In this document: positions 9,872 to 18,697 of the stretch, piece by piece
How the letters are laid out: the number at the start of each line of letters is the position of its first letter
Position numbering within the stretch: the stretch's first letter is position 1
Source: an uncultured Acidobacteriota bacterium
Lineage (GTDB): Bacteria; Acidobacteriota; Vicinamibacteria; Vicinamibacterales; UBA8438
Length of the DNA: 64,000 nt
Direction: 5' to 3'
Assembly (NCBI GenBank): GCA_913043225.1
Contig: CAJWLU010000003.1
Span: 176,665-240,664 of the forward strand
Notes under the pieces: model-generated
The model's input: only the letters and a program-made list of their open reading frames with translations
Told to the model about the DNA's origin: nothing
The model's database searches: none
Program-made: the position numbers and the translations under genes

Positions 9872-10333
9872 TCAGGTATCCAGTCTGTGTGTGAGCTCGC
9901 GTATCGTACCGACCGTGCGCTCTAGGTCGGCCTCGGGCAGACCGTCAGCGATTCGGGCGGCCCAGTCGTGACCGACGTCGGTCAGCGCGGCTTCGATCCG
10001 TTCACCTTTCCGAGTCAAGACGAGCAAGGGTGAACGAACATGGTCGGGGTTGGGGTCGTAACGCACGAGGCCGTCCTTTGCGAGCAGGTCTGCGACCCGC
10101 TGCACGCTCTGGCGCGACATACCCATGCGCCGGGCGATCTGCGGAACGGTCCTGGTTTCCTCGGCCACTGCACCGATGACCTGCCACCGCGCCTGCGTCT
10201 GGCCGAGCGGCGCGGTCAATGCGGCGCCGTGGCGCAGGAGCGCGCCGTTTAACCGAAAGATCTCGAGTACCAGCTGTCGGAGGGTGTCTGCGCTGGCGGG
10301 TCGAGTGGCCGGGGTGTACTGGTCTGAACCCAT
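9872..10333 (-). CDS. MarR family transcriptional regulator
   Basis: EIFRLNG, QARWQVIGA, TVPQIARRMGMSRQSVQRVAD, NPDH.RSPL..LT.KG winged HTH. Confidence 0.9.
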   Translation of the reverse strand: MGSDQYTPATRPASADTLRQLVLEIFRLNGALLRHGAALTAPLGQTQARWQVIGAVAEETRTVPQIARRMGMSRQSVQRVADLLAKDGLVRYDPNPDHVRSPLLVLTRKGERIEAALTDVGHDWAARIADGLPEADLERTVGTIRELTHRLDT

Positions 10334-10352
10334 ATGACACTATTGAACCATA

Positions 10353-10370
10353 TAGACATTATTCTGTCAA
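10353..10370. promoter_or_regulatory. Putative MarR operator overlapping a minus-strand -35 (TTGACA)
   Basis: TAGACA-TTATTC-TGTCAA imperfect palindrome 20 bp upstream of the marR ATG in an AT-rich patch. Confidence 0.55.
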
Positions 10371-10604
10371 TATGAATAGCCGTGCTACTTTGCCGCATTT
10401 GCCGGCGACCCGAGGCGCTGGTCGGGTTATGACTGGACGGGAAGGACCGGTGGCTGAGGTCGCAACTCACTACCTCCGCGCGGTCCTTGGGGGAGGCACT
10501 CGTGTGGCTACGAGCCCCATCCAAGTCATGGAAGATCCCGACCAGACGCCTCGAGTGACGCCCGCCCGCAGGGCCGGAGAGCCTGCTCCAACCCCGCGGT
10601 CCTG

Positions 10605-10838
10605 CTAGTGGGGAGTCGTGTGCTGTATATCGACTTCTGAATCGAGTGTCCGCTCTTCGTCTTCGACTCCGAACTCAACATAGGCGTCGCCAAGCAGACG
10701 CACCAGCTCCCGTAGTTCTCGCTTGGTGAGCTTCAACACTAGGGGACCCAGATCTACGTGGATGCAGCCGTGTTGACACTGCGACACGGCCCAGTGCCGC
10801 CGTTTACGGGGTTGCTCTTCTGACGTTTCCTGTTTCAT
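10605..10838 (-). CDS. Small hypothetical protein with CQHGCIH motif
   Basis: 77 aa, RBS GGAG, starts 12 bp after the TonB receptor stop. Confidence 0.7.
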   Translation of the reverse strand: MKQETSEEQPRKRRHWAVSQCQHGCIHVDLGPLVLKLTKRELRELVRLLGDAYVEFGVEDEERTLDSEVDIQHTTPH

Positions 10839-10850
10839 GATGTCTCCGTA

Positions 10851-13127
10851 CTACCAATCAAGGGCTAGAGACGTGATGACGCTGCGTCCCGGGCTCGAAT
10901 AGCGGTCGATTACTGGGTCGTTCGTGCCTCGGCCGCGGACGTTCCACCACTCAAAATAGGTTTCATCGGCTAGGTTCAGTAGTCCGATTCGGAAGGTCAC
11001 CGCGTCGGCCGGCCGGATCGAGGTGACGAAGTCAACCACCTGGTACCCGTCCGGCGCGAATTGTCCGTCACCGGCATCCAAAGCAGTCTGTCCTTCGGTG
11101 ATCCGTACCGACAGCTCGCTTGTCCACCAGCCGTCTGGGTCGATGTACTGGAGCCCAATGACGCCTTCGTCCGGCGTAATCGAACCGAGGGGTGTGTCGG
11201 TGTCGCCGGACACGTCGGTCCCGGTTATGGCGGCCCAGCTAGCGCGGAGGCGGACACGGTTGGTGAGATACGTGTCGGCCCTCACTTCGACTCCCCCGAT
11301 CTCTACCTCTGACAGGTTCTGGCTCTGGAACTCCAGGAGGAATGTGGCGGGGTTGAACCCGACCGCGGTTAGCTCGATGAAGTCATCGTAGCGATTCGAG
11401 AAGGCGGTGACATCCAGGCTTGTCCGGCCAAATGCGGCCCGCAGCCCAACTTCAATGTTGTCGCTCGTCTCGGCATTCAACCCCGCGTTCGGGAGCGTGG
11501 TGTATCCGCCCGCTAGGTTGGTGAAGCCGGTGTTGATCGCGCTGTAGGGAGGTGCGCGGAAACCGCCGGCATACTGGGCGTGCGCGGTTAGGTCGTCCGT
11601 GATCAAGACCGTGGCGCCAATCTTCGGCGACATCGCGTCGGCCGAGAAATCAGCTGGCACCGGATTCAGTCCGGCAAGGTAAACCGCGTCCTCCTGGTTG
11701 GCGTCGAGTGAGTACCGGTCGTAGCGGACTCCCGGGACGATGGTCAGACGGTCTACGCGGAGCTCGGCTTGCACATAGACGCCGGTCTCATCAACGTCGC
11801 TCTCTGGGAAATACTTCGCCGGGAAGATGAGGCTGGTCGGCACCGGCGCACCGGTGATGATGTTCGTTTCGCTGCGATCACGCAGCACATCGAACGCATC
11901 ACGTGTGAAGCTGGCGCCGAAGGTCAGCATCAGCCCGTTCTCGGTACCCCCGACCCAGTGTTGTCCTTGCCCTGAGGCGCCGAAGCCCCGCTGCTCGAAA
12001 TTGACGGTGCCGGTCCTCGAGGACAGCGTGGGCGGACCGAACGCGACGATTGATCGGGACTCGTCTACGACTTGGGAGGTGTCGCCCCCCTGGCCGTAGA
12101 CCCGCCAGGTGAGCACGTCTAGTCCACGCTGCGGTGTCAGGACGTGATCGAGCGAGATTCGCCAGCGCTTCTGAGTGTCGAGGGCCTGCGCGCTCGTCGT
12201 GCTGAACGCGACCGGACCGTAGAAGGTTGTGCCCTGAAGCGAGTACGCCGTCGTGTTGATCTGGGTGTCGAACACCTCGATCGCGCTTCGGAAGATGTTT
12301 CCTGGAGACGCAGTGAAAACCATCTTGCCGAGCGCCTGCAGGCCTTCGCGGTCTTGAGGGTTTGGTGCGGTGCGGGTGACGTCCAGTGTTTCGATTGTGC
12401 CCTGGTTCTTGGTCTCGTTTCCCCGGCTGTAACTGGTAAACAGCGACCCCTGCACGCTCTCGTTGCCTAGGGCGAACGCGAAGTTGCCGCTGGTATCGTC
12501 AGAGCGCCCGTCCCAGGTGGTCTTGACGCCGAGGTAGCGCTTCTGGTCCAGCAAGTAGTCGGCAGGGTCTTTCGTGAACAAGGACACGACACCGCCTAGG
12601 GCGTCGCTGCCGTAGAGGGCCGAGTTGGCGCTCCGGACGATCTCGACCGACTTGAGCGTGTCCACGTCGAGGCCTGCCTGATGGATGCTGAACGGCCCGA
12701 AGTCGAACTGCTCGGAGGTCTGTACCCCATCGACCTGGGTCATGACACGGTTACCACCCACGCCACGAATGTTGAAGCCGTTCAAGCCGAGTCGGGTTAC
12801 GTCGTTCTCGACATAGACGCCAGGTTCGAACTTGACGAGGTCGGAGAAGCTCTCGACCATCCGCTCCGCGATGGTTTCGCTATCGATGACCGACACCACG
12901 CCCGGGGTCTCCCTCAGCGATGACGGCGAAAGCGTGGCCGTGACCGTTATCTCATCGAGATACGTCGTCGGCTCGTCCTCGGTCGACTGATTGGTGCTGG
13001 CACTAGTCGACGTTTGCGGCTGAGCCAGCACCTCGGCGGGCAGGAGTGCCACCGTTAGCGAGAAGACGAGGACGGCTCCTGCCCCCTGGGGACCGCGTCC
13101 GCGTCGGAGCTGTTGTACGAGCTGCAT
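10851..13127 (-). CDS. TonB-dependent receptor, heme/hemoglobin type
   Basis: TonB box DEITVTAT, plug FNIRGVGGNRV..VDG and SALYGSDALGGVV, FRAP motif followed by GFTNLAGGY...PNAGL, C-terminal W; start set at ATG 13127 after GGAG. Confidence 0.88.
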   Translation of the reverse strand: MQLVQQLRRGRGPQGAGAVLVFSLTVALLPAEVLAQPQTSTSASTNQSTEDEPTTYLDEITVTATLSPSSLRETPGVVSVIDSETIAERMVESFSDLVKFEPGVYVENDVTRLGLNGFNIRGVGGNRVMTQVDGVQTSEQFDFGPFSIHQAGLDVDTLKSVEIVRSANSALYGSDALGGVVSLFTKDPADYLLDQKRYLGVKTTWDGRSDDTSGNFAFALGNESVQGSLFTSYSRGNETKNQGTIETLDVTRTAPNPQDREGLQALGKMVFTASPGNIFRSAIEVFDTQINTTAYSLQGTTFYGPVAFSTTSAQALDTQKRWRISLDHVLTPQRGLDVLTWRVYGQGGDTSQVVDESRSIVAFGPPTLSSRTGTVNFEQRGFGASGQGQHWVGGTENGLMLTFGASFTRDAFDVLRDRSETNIITGAPVPTSLIFPAKYFPESDVDETGVYVQAELRVDRLTIVPGVRYDRYSLDANQEDAVYLAGLNPVPADFSADAMSPKIGATVLITDDLTAHAQYAGGFRAPPYSAINTGFTNLAGGYTTLPNAGLNAETSDNIEVGLRAAFGRTSLDVTAFSNRYDDFIELTAVGFNPATFLLEFQSQNLSEVEIGGVEVRADTYLTNRVRLRASWAAITGTDVSGDTDTPLGSITPDEGVIGLQYIDPDGWWTSELSVRITEGQTALDAGDGQFAPDGYQVVDFVTSIRPADAVTFRIGLLNLADETYFEWWNVRGRGTNDPVIDRYSSPGRSVITSLALDW

Positions 13128-13238
13128 GGCTATACTCCAAATGGGTTCCGGTCCGCCCCATGCGGTACCGGCGCTCACTTGGGCGCTCCCGTTCGGCTCC
13201 TACACCATGGGCGGGGGCGCCCACCTCTGATCCAACGT

Positions 13239-14552
13239 TCAGTTCAGTGCCTTGTCGTCCGAGCTGACTCGGATAAGTTCGGTCCCGGCCCGGATCAGGA
13301 TCGCATCGTCAACCGCCGCGATCGCTGTGACGGGTGCGCTGACCGACAAGTGGTTAGTAGCCACAACCTGGGCCGTTTTCGCCGATGCCGCCAGTATCTC
13401 GGTCGTACCGTCCTCACCAAAGAAGAAGACGTGGTCTCGGTGACCGAGCGGAGTAGCCCACGTGGACGCGGAAAGCCGATGGGTCCACTGGACCTCGCCC
13501 GATTGTGGGTCCAGGCAGCGTGCCGCGCCCGCTGGGTTGATCCAATATATGCACTTGCCGTACGCGAACGGGGAGCCGAAGTTTGAACCGCTACCGGTCT
13601 TCCAGGCGACGGCCGTTTCGTCGAGTTTGCCGAGCCCGCCCCGTCGGATGGCAAGGTTTGCATCGACCGCCAGTCCTCCCACCACGACGAGCTCGTTCGT
13701 GACCGTTGGGGAGGGCACATGGTTGCCGCTCAGACCGGCGAAGTGCCAGCGGCGTTCGCCGGTGACGGCGTCGAAGCCTTCGATCTGTCCGGACGCGCTG
13801 ACGACGATCTCATTGCCTTCGGGCGATAGCACTGGTGTGGTCCAGGCGACTCCGGCGTCCCGCTCGGTCCGCCATAGCGTGTCGCCAGTGGTTCGATCGA
13901 CCGCGAGAAGATAGGAGTAGGTACGTCGAGTCAGAAGTACCACGACCGCACGGGGAGTCAGCAGCAAGGAGTTTCCGACCCCGTGATTACCTCCTACGGA
14001 TCCATAGTCCTTGGTCAGATCACGTTGCCAATGCACTGCACCGTCGTGGCCCAAGGCGATAAGGTCGCCGCTGGCGAAGAAGCTATAGATGCGGTCTTGG
14101 TCGACGACTGGAGTGGGCGCTGCTTTGGAGACGTAGTCATTGAACTCGTGTGGTTCGGAGGCATCGAAAGCCTGGCGCCACTGTTCGCTGCCGTCTTCCA
14201 GATTGAGCGCCGTGACCCACAGACGTTCTTTCATGGCGCCTTCAATCGAGGTGACGAACACTGAACTGTCCCAGATCACCGGGGAGGACTGCCCAAACCC
14301 CGGGGTGGTGACACGCCAGGCGACAGTCTGGTCGGACCAGGTAAGTGGGAGTCGGGCGGCGTGGCTGACGTTGGTACCGTCGCCGCGGAAGCCCGGCCAT
14401 CGCGTAGCGGCCTCGGAGGTCGCAAAAACGAAACCCGCGCGCCGAGTTTGGGCAGCATGGTCTGCCAGGAGGAGGAAGACCAAAGCCACGATACAGCCGC
14501 CCGCAGAGGGCAGTAGCCCTCCGAAGATCGGTGGAGGCGCTAGCGATCGCAC
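13239..14552 (-). CDS. PQQ-like/BamB-like beta-propeller protein, exported
   Basis: WPGFRG, GQSSPVIW and repeated A.D..TG...W tryptophan-docking blades. Confidence 0.85.
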   Translation of the reverse strand: MRSLAPPPIFGGLLPSAGGCIVALVFLLLADHAAQTRRAGFVFATSEAATRWPGFRGDGTNVSHAARLPLTWSDQTVAWRVTTPGFGQSSPVIWDSSVFVTSIEGAMKERLWVTALNLEDGSEQWRQAFDASEPHEFNDYVSKAAPTPVVDQDRIYSFFASGDLIALGHDGAVHWQRDLTKDYGSVGGNHGVGNSLLLTPRAVVVLLTRRTYSYLLAVDRTTGDTLWRTERDAGVAWTTPVLSPEGNEIVVSASGQIEGFDAVTGERRWHFAGLSGNHVPSPTVTNELVVVGGLAVDANLAIRRGGLGKLDETAVAWKTGSGSNFGSPFAYGKCIYWINPAGAARCLDPQSGEVQWTHRLSASTWATPLGHRDHVFFFGEDGTTEILAASAKTAQVVATNHLSVSAPVTAIAAVDDAILIRAGTELIRVSSDDKALN

Positions 14553-16321
14553 CGGCGCCCCCCTTTCAGGCTGACGCCGGCAAGGCTGGCGTCGCTGTCA
14601 CAGCGGCTACGTTCGTCAGGCTGCCACCCCATGATCTGGCGCATCGCTGCCTCGCCTTGAGTGATTAAGTCACCGATCCAGCGAGCAAATAGCGGGTGGG
14701 GAGCGAAGCCAGCTCCGATCTGCACTCCGTCGAGGTCGCTGAGTTCGTACTGGGATGGGCCGGTCCCGGTCATCCGGGCTGGAATGGCCAGCACTGTCCG
14801 GCCGAGGGCTCGTTCGGCTTCAATGATGCCGTGGATCTGGGCCTCGGCTTCCTCGCGGGCGTCGGGCCAGTCTTCTCGCCAGTTGGCCCAGTGGAATGCC
14901 GCGAAGTTCGGTTCGTGCTCCTGCATCTGCGAGGCGATCGACTCAAGGTTCTCCAACCACGCCGCGTTTCCCTCGTCGCTGCCCGCACCGTGACCAAGGA
15001 GCAGCACGGCCTCCTGCGAGGGATTGTTAGAGAGGGCTCGGGCGCGCGCCGCGAGCGCCTCCGCAAATGCCGGGTGGTCTTCCAGGCCGCCAAGGGTGGC
15101 GAAGATCGCCGCAGAGCGCACCCGAGGGGGTGGTCCCATGCCCATGGACATGCCCGGTTCATCGCCGAGCCCCATCAGATACTCGATGCGGTCGAGAAAT
15201 GACGCTGCTTGGGCGAAGACCCGAATGAGCACGATGGCCCGCGCACCGCGTTCTTCCAGGCGTGAGACGGCTCGACCGAGCACGACCGGGTCGGCCATCG
15301 AGAAGGCATATTCGACCAACCGGCTCTGGGTTAACTCGGCGAGCGGCTGGCGAATCGACTCGTTCCAGTCGATGTCGGCGCCGTGCGGCATCAGCACGTA
15401 CCCGATCTCGTTGGCTGTGGGTGGAATCCAGCGATTGGCCTCTTGGGCCATCCAGACTGTTGCCATGGGGTCTGGGATGACCCCTTGAGCGAGGAACTCC
15501 ACCGAGACCCCGGCAAGGCTCCTACGTAGGGAGCCGTTCAGGTCCATCATCGAGTCCATGCGGGAGCCCAGGTGCCAGGGGATCACCAGGACGCGATCAT
15601 GGGCTTTGGCCAGCGCGTCTGCAGCTGGTCGAATCCGGTCGAGCGACGATTGGAGTTCATCGAAATCACCACTGGGTCCTCGTACCACCACGACGTCAGT
15701 GGCTGCGAGCCCAGTTGCCCGGCTAACCCTCCCGAGAGTGTCTGATAGGTCAGCTTCCATGGCGGAAGTCGAGCTTGCGTCGACCGCTCCGGAGCCGACC
15801 ACGAGGACCGCGACGTCCGGTGGAGGGGCCCCGGGCATACCTGGTCGCACGCCTGCGGTAGAGAGGCGCTCAATCAGGATCTCTTCGGCCAGATACGAAG
15901 CTCCGAACGGGTCCGCCACGGCAATGTCTAGTCCGGTGTTGTTGATGGCGTCGTGGACCCGCACCAGCAGGGGGTGAGTACCGGCCAGGAAGAGCGGCAG
16001 TGCCGCGATCTTAGATGCCCCGTTGAGGCGGAGACGCTCTATCGCAGGTGAGGCGAAGCGCATCGGGTCACCGTCCCACGGAAGGAATGCGAGTTCAGCC
16101 CGGAAGGCTTCTGAGAACTTGCGAAACGCATCGCGCACTTCGTCGTTTCCGAGAAATCCACGGTCTGGGGCCACGACGAGGAAGCCGACCTGACCAGGAT
16201 CGGCCGGTGGTACCAGTCGCGGCACTCGGGTTTCCATGACGTGCTGCGCTGACGTCGTGGTTCCGGCAACCACAATGAGGGCGAAGAATGCCGCGAGGTA
16301 GCGTATGGGCAGTCTGGTCAT
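14540..16321 (-). CDS. Exported protein with CbiX/SirB-like (class II chelatase fold) domains
   Basis: Sec-type signal peptide; VLMPHGA..DWN, EYAFSMADP, LLLGHGAG and GFAPHPLF..W motifs; the N-terminal half resembles a second degenerate copy (IAALPLFL). Confidence 0.65.
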   Translation of the reverse strand: MTRLPIRYLAAFFALIVVAGTTTSAQHVMETRVPRLVPPADPGQVGFLVVAPDRGFLGNDEVRDAFRKFSEAFRAELAFLPWDGDPMRFASPAIERLRLNGASKIAALPLFLAGTHPLLVRVHDAINNTGLDIAVADPFGASYLAEEILIERLSTAGVRPGMPGAPPPDVAVLVVGSGAVDASSTSAMEADLSDTLGRVSRATGLAATDVVVVRGPSGDFDELQSSLDRIRPAADALAKAHDRVLVIPWHLGSRMDSMMDLNGSLRRSLAGVSVEFLAQGVIPDPMATVWMAQEANRWIPPTANEIGYVLMPHGADIDWNESIRQPLAELTQSRLVEYAFSMADPVVLGRAVSRLEERGARAIVLIRVFAQAASFLDRIEYLMGLGDEPGMSMGMGPPPRVRSAAIFATLGGLEDHPAFAEALAARARALSNNPSQEAVLLLGHGAGSDEGNAAWLENLESIASQMQEHEPNFAAFHWANWREDWPDAREEAEAQIHGIIEAERALGRTVLAIPARMTGTGPSQYELSDLDGVQIGAGFAPHPLFARWIGDLITQGEAAMRQIMGWQPDERSRCDSDASLAGVSLKGGRRCDR

Positions 16322-16459
16322 AACGTCTCTCTGCGTTGCACGTCACGACCCCAGTTGCCTGTGATGCGGGCGGGTGTCGTCACGCTCTTCGTGCGGTCGG
16401 CCCTTCTGGACCAAGCGCTCGACCAGCTCGCCGGGTGCTGCTACACCTAGCGGACTGTC

Positions 16460-16488
16460 TTGATATTGAGAATGAGTCTCAATATCAA
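16460..16488. promoter_or_regulatory. Fur-family box 1
   Basis: TTGATATTGAGA-ATGAG-TCTCAATATCAA, perfect 12-bp inverted repeat upstream of the chelatase/receptor operon. Confidence 0.85.
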
Positions 16489-16499
16489 CATTAAGGTGA

Positions 16500-16529
16500 A
16501 CTGTATGTCCGACCGAATCGGTCGGTCAA
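16500..16529 (-). promoter_or_regulatory. Putative sigma70 promoter with a second palindrome in its spacer
   Basis: TTGACC-N18-TACAGT on the minus strand; CCGACCGA-A-TCGGTCGG at 16509-16525. Confidence 0.55.
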
Positions 16530-16536
16530 GGAAAAA

Positions 16537-17751
16537 TTATTTGAGGCGAGAGCGTTCGTGGTGGGATCTCAAGAGGCCCTCTCTTGCGAGTCGCCGAATC
16601 AGTGTGAGGTTTCCTGCGGTGTCGAGCGGACCCGGGAGTTCAAGGGCGGTAAACCTTTCATTAGCACAGATGAACTCGATGGCTTCGGCGACATGGAGCG
16701 GGAACCGCAACTCCTGCCCAGCGAAGCACATCACGCACTCGTTCTGCGAGAGGTACGAGTGGATGGCCATCTCTCGTCGAATGACCACCGTATCCTCGTT
16801 CACCAGATGCTGGTCGGCCCGCTGAGTCAGAAGGTCTGAGAAAAGCGGTTGATTGGCCGCAGATACCTCACTGGCAAACCGTCGCCAGACATCCTCAAAA
16901 GAGCGATCGAGTGCCAAGTCAAAGTGCTGGCGAGCCAGGGTCGCGGTCTCTTCTGGTGTGAGTTTCCCACTCGCGAAACCGACTGGGAGGTTGGCGCGGA
17001 GGGCTGGGTTCTCGAGGGCTGCGGCCGACACTGCGTCGGCGAGAAAGTCAGCCCATGTAAAGGCGGTCAATCCGAGGGTGATGTGAAGAGAAGCGGTATC
17101 GACCGACCGCGCGGCATGCATCAGTCCTCGCGGAAGATAGACGAAGTCGCCCGCATGAAGATCGAACTCGTCGATTGTGCGCCCAGGGCGATCGACGTCC
17201 GGATTGCACTTCTGCCCTCGCAAGGGCAGCGCGATCGGGCTCTCGAAGACACTCCACCGTTTTGAGCCGCTGACTTGCATCACGAAGACGTCGTGGGTGT
17301 CCCAATGGGGCTTGAACCCTTGGGCCTCTGGGGGCGTGAGATAGATGTTGGTCTGGATGCGGGAACCGAAGCGCTGCCCCAGCGCGACGCAAAGCGCCGC
17401 GAGTTGGGGGAGGCGACGATGGAGCCCACGAAAGATGACGGTCGCGCCTTCGTCGAAGAGGCGCGTCACTTCCAGCGGTTCGGCTACCCCGGCTGGGCCG
17501 GTGAACCGGCTGGCGTCGATGGCGGTCTCGTCGGCTCGCACTAGTGAAATGTCAGGGAAGCGGAGCGCATGCGTCCCCAGCACGTGGTCCAAGTCGGCGA
17601 AGGTCAGGAGCGACTCGAAGTAATTGGGCTGTTGGCGGTGGACGACCCGGTGTCGTCGCTCGTAGAACTCATCCTCGAAGGTTGAAGTCGAGAGCGGATC
17701 GAGTAGCCAGGCGTACGGAGCGTTGGCGATGGGCGGCGTGTGTGGCTTCAT
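16537..17751 (-). CDS. JmjC/Cupin_4 2-oxoglutarate Fe(II) oxygenase (NO66/ROX-like)
   Basis: NIYLTP...QGFKPHWDTHDVFVMQVSGSKRW (HxD), GDFVYLPRGLMHAA (distal His), SLHITLG, C-terminal winged-helix-like tail LIRRLAREGLL. Confidence 0.9.
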   Translation of the reverse strand: MKPHTPPIANAPYAWLLDPLSTSTFEDEFYERRHRVVHRQQPNYFESLLTFADLDHVLGTHALRFPDISLVRADETAIDASRFTGPAGVAEPLEVTRLFDEGATVIFRGLHRRLPQLAALCVALGQRFGSRIQTNIYLTPPEAQGFKPHWDTHDVFVMQVSGSKRWSVFESPIALPLRGQKCNPDVDRPGRTIDEFDLHAGDFVYLPRGLMHAARSVDTASLHITLGLTAFTWADFLADAVSAAALENPALRANLPVGFASGKLTPEETATLARQHFDLALDRSFEDVWRRFASEVSAANQPLFSDLLTQRADQHLVNEDTVVIRREMAIHSYLSQNECVMCFAGQELRFPLHVAEAIEFICANERFTALELPGPLDTAGNLTLIRRLAREGLLRSHHERSRLK

Positions 17752-17813
17752 GGTGTCGCCTGGCCGCTGCGCGAGCGCCAGCCCGTCGACGCTCTGTCTG
17801 GGAAGGCCTGGCG

Positions 17814-18281
17814 CTACTGATGAAGCTCGACGCCCTGGGCGACGAAGCTTACTTCGGTTGCCGTGCCGTCAGGGTTTCGAGTCAGCGCGACACCCTCGGC
17901 GATGAGGTGATCCGCGTCGGCTTTGGAGAAGACGTTCGTTTCCAGGCGGCCTTCGAGGCGAGCTCGTTGTCCGGCTGAGTCCGTGGGGACGAAGAAGGCG
18001 TAGTCTCTGAAAGTTACCCGGATTCCACGGTCGTCGCCAGGCCTGACTAACTCCATCCAGCAGCCCTTGACCTGACAGACCCGCTTGACTTCTCCCTCGA
18101 GCGTCAGCAGACGATCCGCATACTGGTCAGCCTGTTCGACAGCTTCGTCAAGCCCAATCGCTGGGGAGCCGCCGAGCCTGGTTCCTCGGGTCACGATGTT
18201 CTGGGCGGTGGCCGAGCCTATCGAAAGCACTGCGGCGATGGTGAATGCGCTGATCTGACGAGTAGGGCGTAGTGATATCAC
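17814..18281 (-). CDS. DUF4920-like exported protein
   Basis: Signal peptide; GEVKRVCQVKGCWMEL, IRVTFRDYAFFVP. Confidence 0.8.
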   Translation of the reverse strand: MISLRPTRQISAFTIAAVLSIGSATAQNIVTRGTRLGGSPAIGLDEAVEQADQYADRLLTLEGEVKRVCQVKGCWMELVRPGDDRGIRVTFRDYAFFVPTDSAGQRARLEGRLETNVFSKADADHLIAEGVALTRNPDGTATEVSFVAQGVELHQ

Positions 18282-18390
18282 CTAAGGTCCCTTCTGTGAG
18301 CGTCGGACAGAGCTTTAGCATAGCAGAAGCCGATCCGACCGCGAGGTGAGCGGTGAGGTCTGTGCAAGCGTACCTAAGAGTTTTTGATTT

Positions 18391-18420
18391 ATTGAGATTG
18401 AGACTCAGTCTCAATATGTT
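18391..18420. promoter_or_regulatory. Fur-family box 2 overlapping a plus-strand promoter between divergent operons
   Basis: Perfect 9-1-9 ATTGAGACT-C-AGTCTCAAT (18397-18415) plus an extra ATTGAG hexamer; TTGAGA(18392)-N17-TATGTT(18415). Confidence 0.85.
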
Positions 18421-18426
18421 ATATGT

Positions 18427-18520
18427 AGAGACCCACCTGCCGGGTAGGTGGGTGTAGCGGGATATCGGGGAAAGGGGACCCCAGATAGATGCCCGTGGGG
18501 CGAGGCAACGCCCCACGGGC
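18427..18520 (+). ncRNA. Candidate structured RNA (sRNA or flavodoxin leader)
   Basis: Two hairpins just after the predicted promoter: ACCCACCTGC/GTAGGTGGGT (18431-18453) and perfect 12-bp GCCCGTGGGGCG/CGCCCCACGGGC (18491-18520). Confidence 0.35.
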
Positions 18521-18697
18521 CGTCGAACCTGCATCGGCCGTCTGAGAGCGAATCAAACGGGTAACCAGCGTCGTCCGACCTAGCGAATGTAGCACACCGT
18601 TGGACGGCTGCTGCGGCCACTTTCTGCATGCGTGCATCTACGGCGGACCAGGTCGAGGATCAGCACGGTGTAGCTACTTCCCCAAGGACCTCAATAC

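Noticed and set aside
16322..16459. Cobalamin riboswitch upstream of the CbiX-like gene
   Set aside because: No B12-box elements (GGGAA, GCCACTG, AGCCAG) in the expected arrangement; a Fur-family box explains the regulation better
18421..18697. FMN riboswitch or short ORFs upstream of flavodoxin
   Set aside because: RFN consensus blocks are absent; the short ORFs here lack an RBS and cross the operator or hairpins
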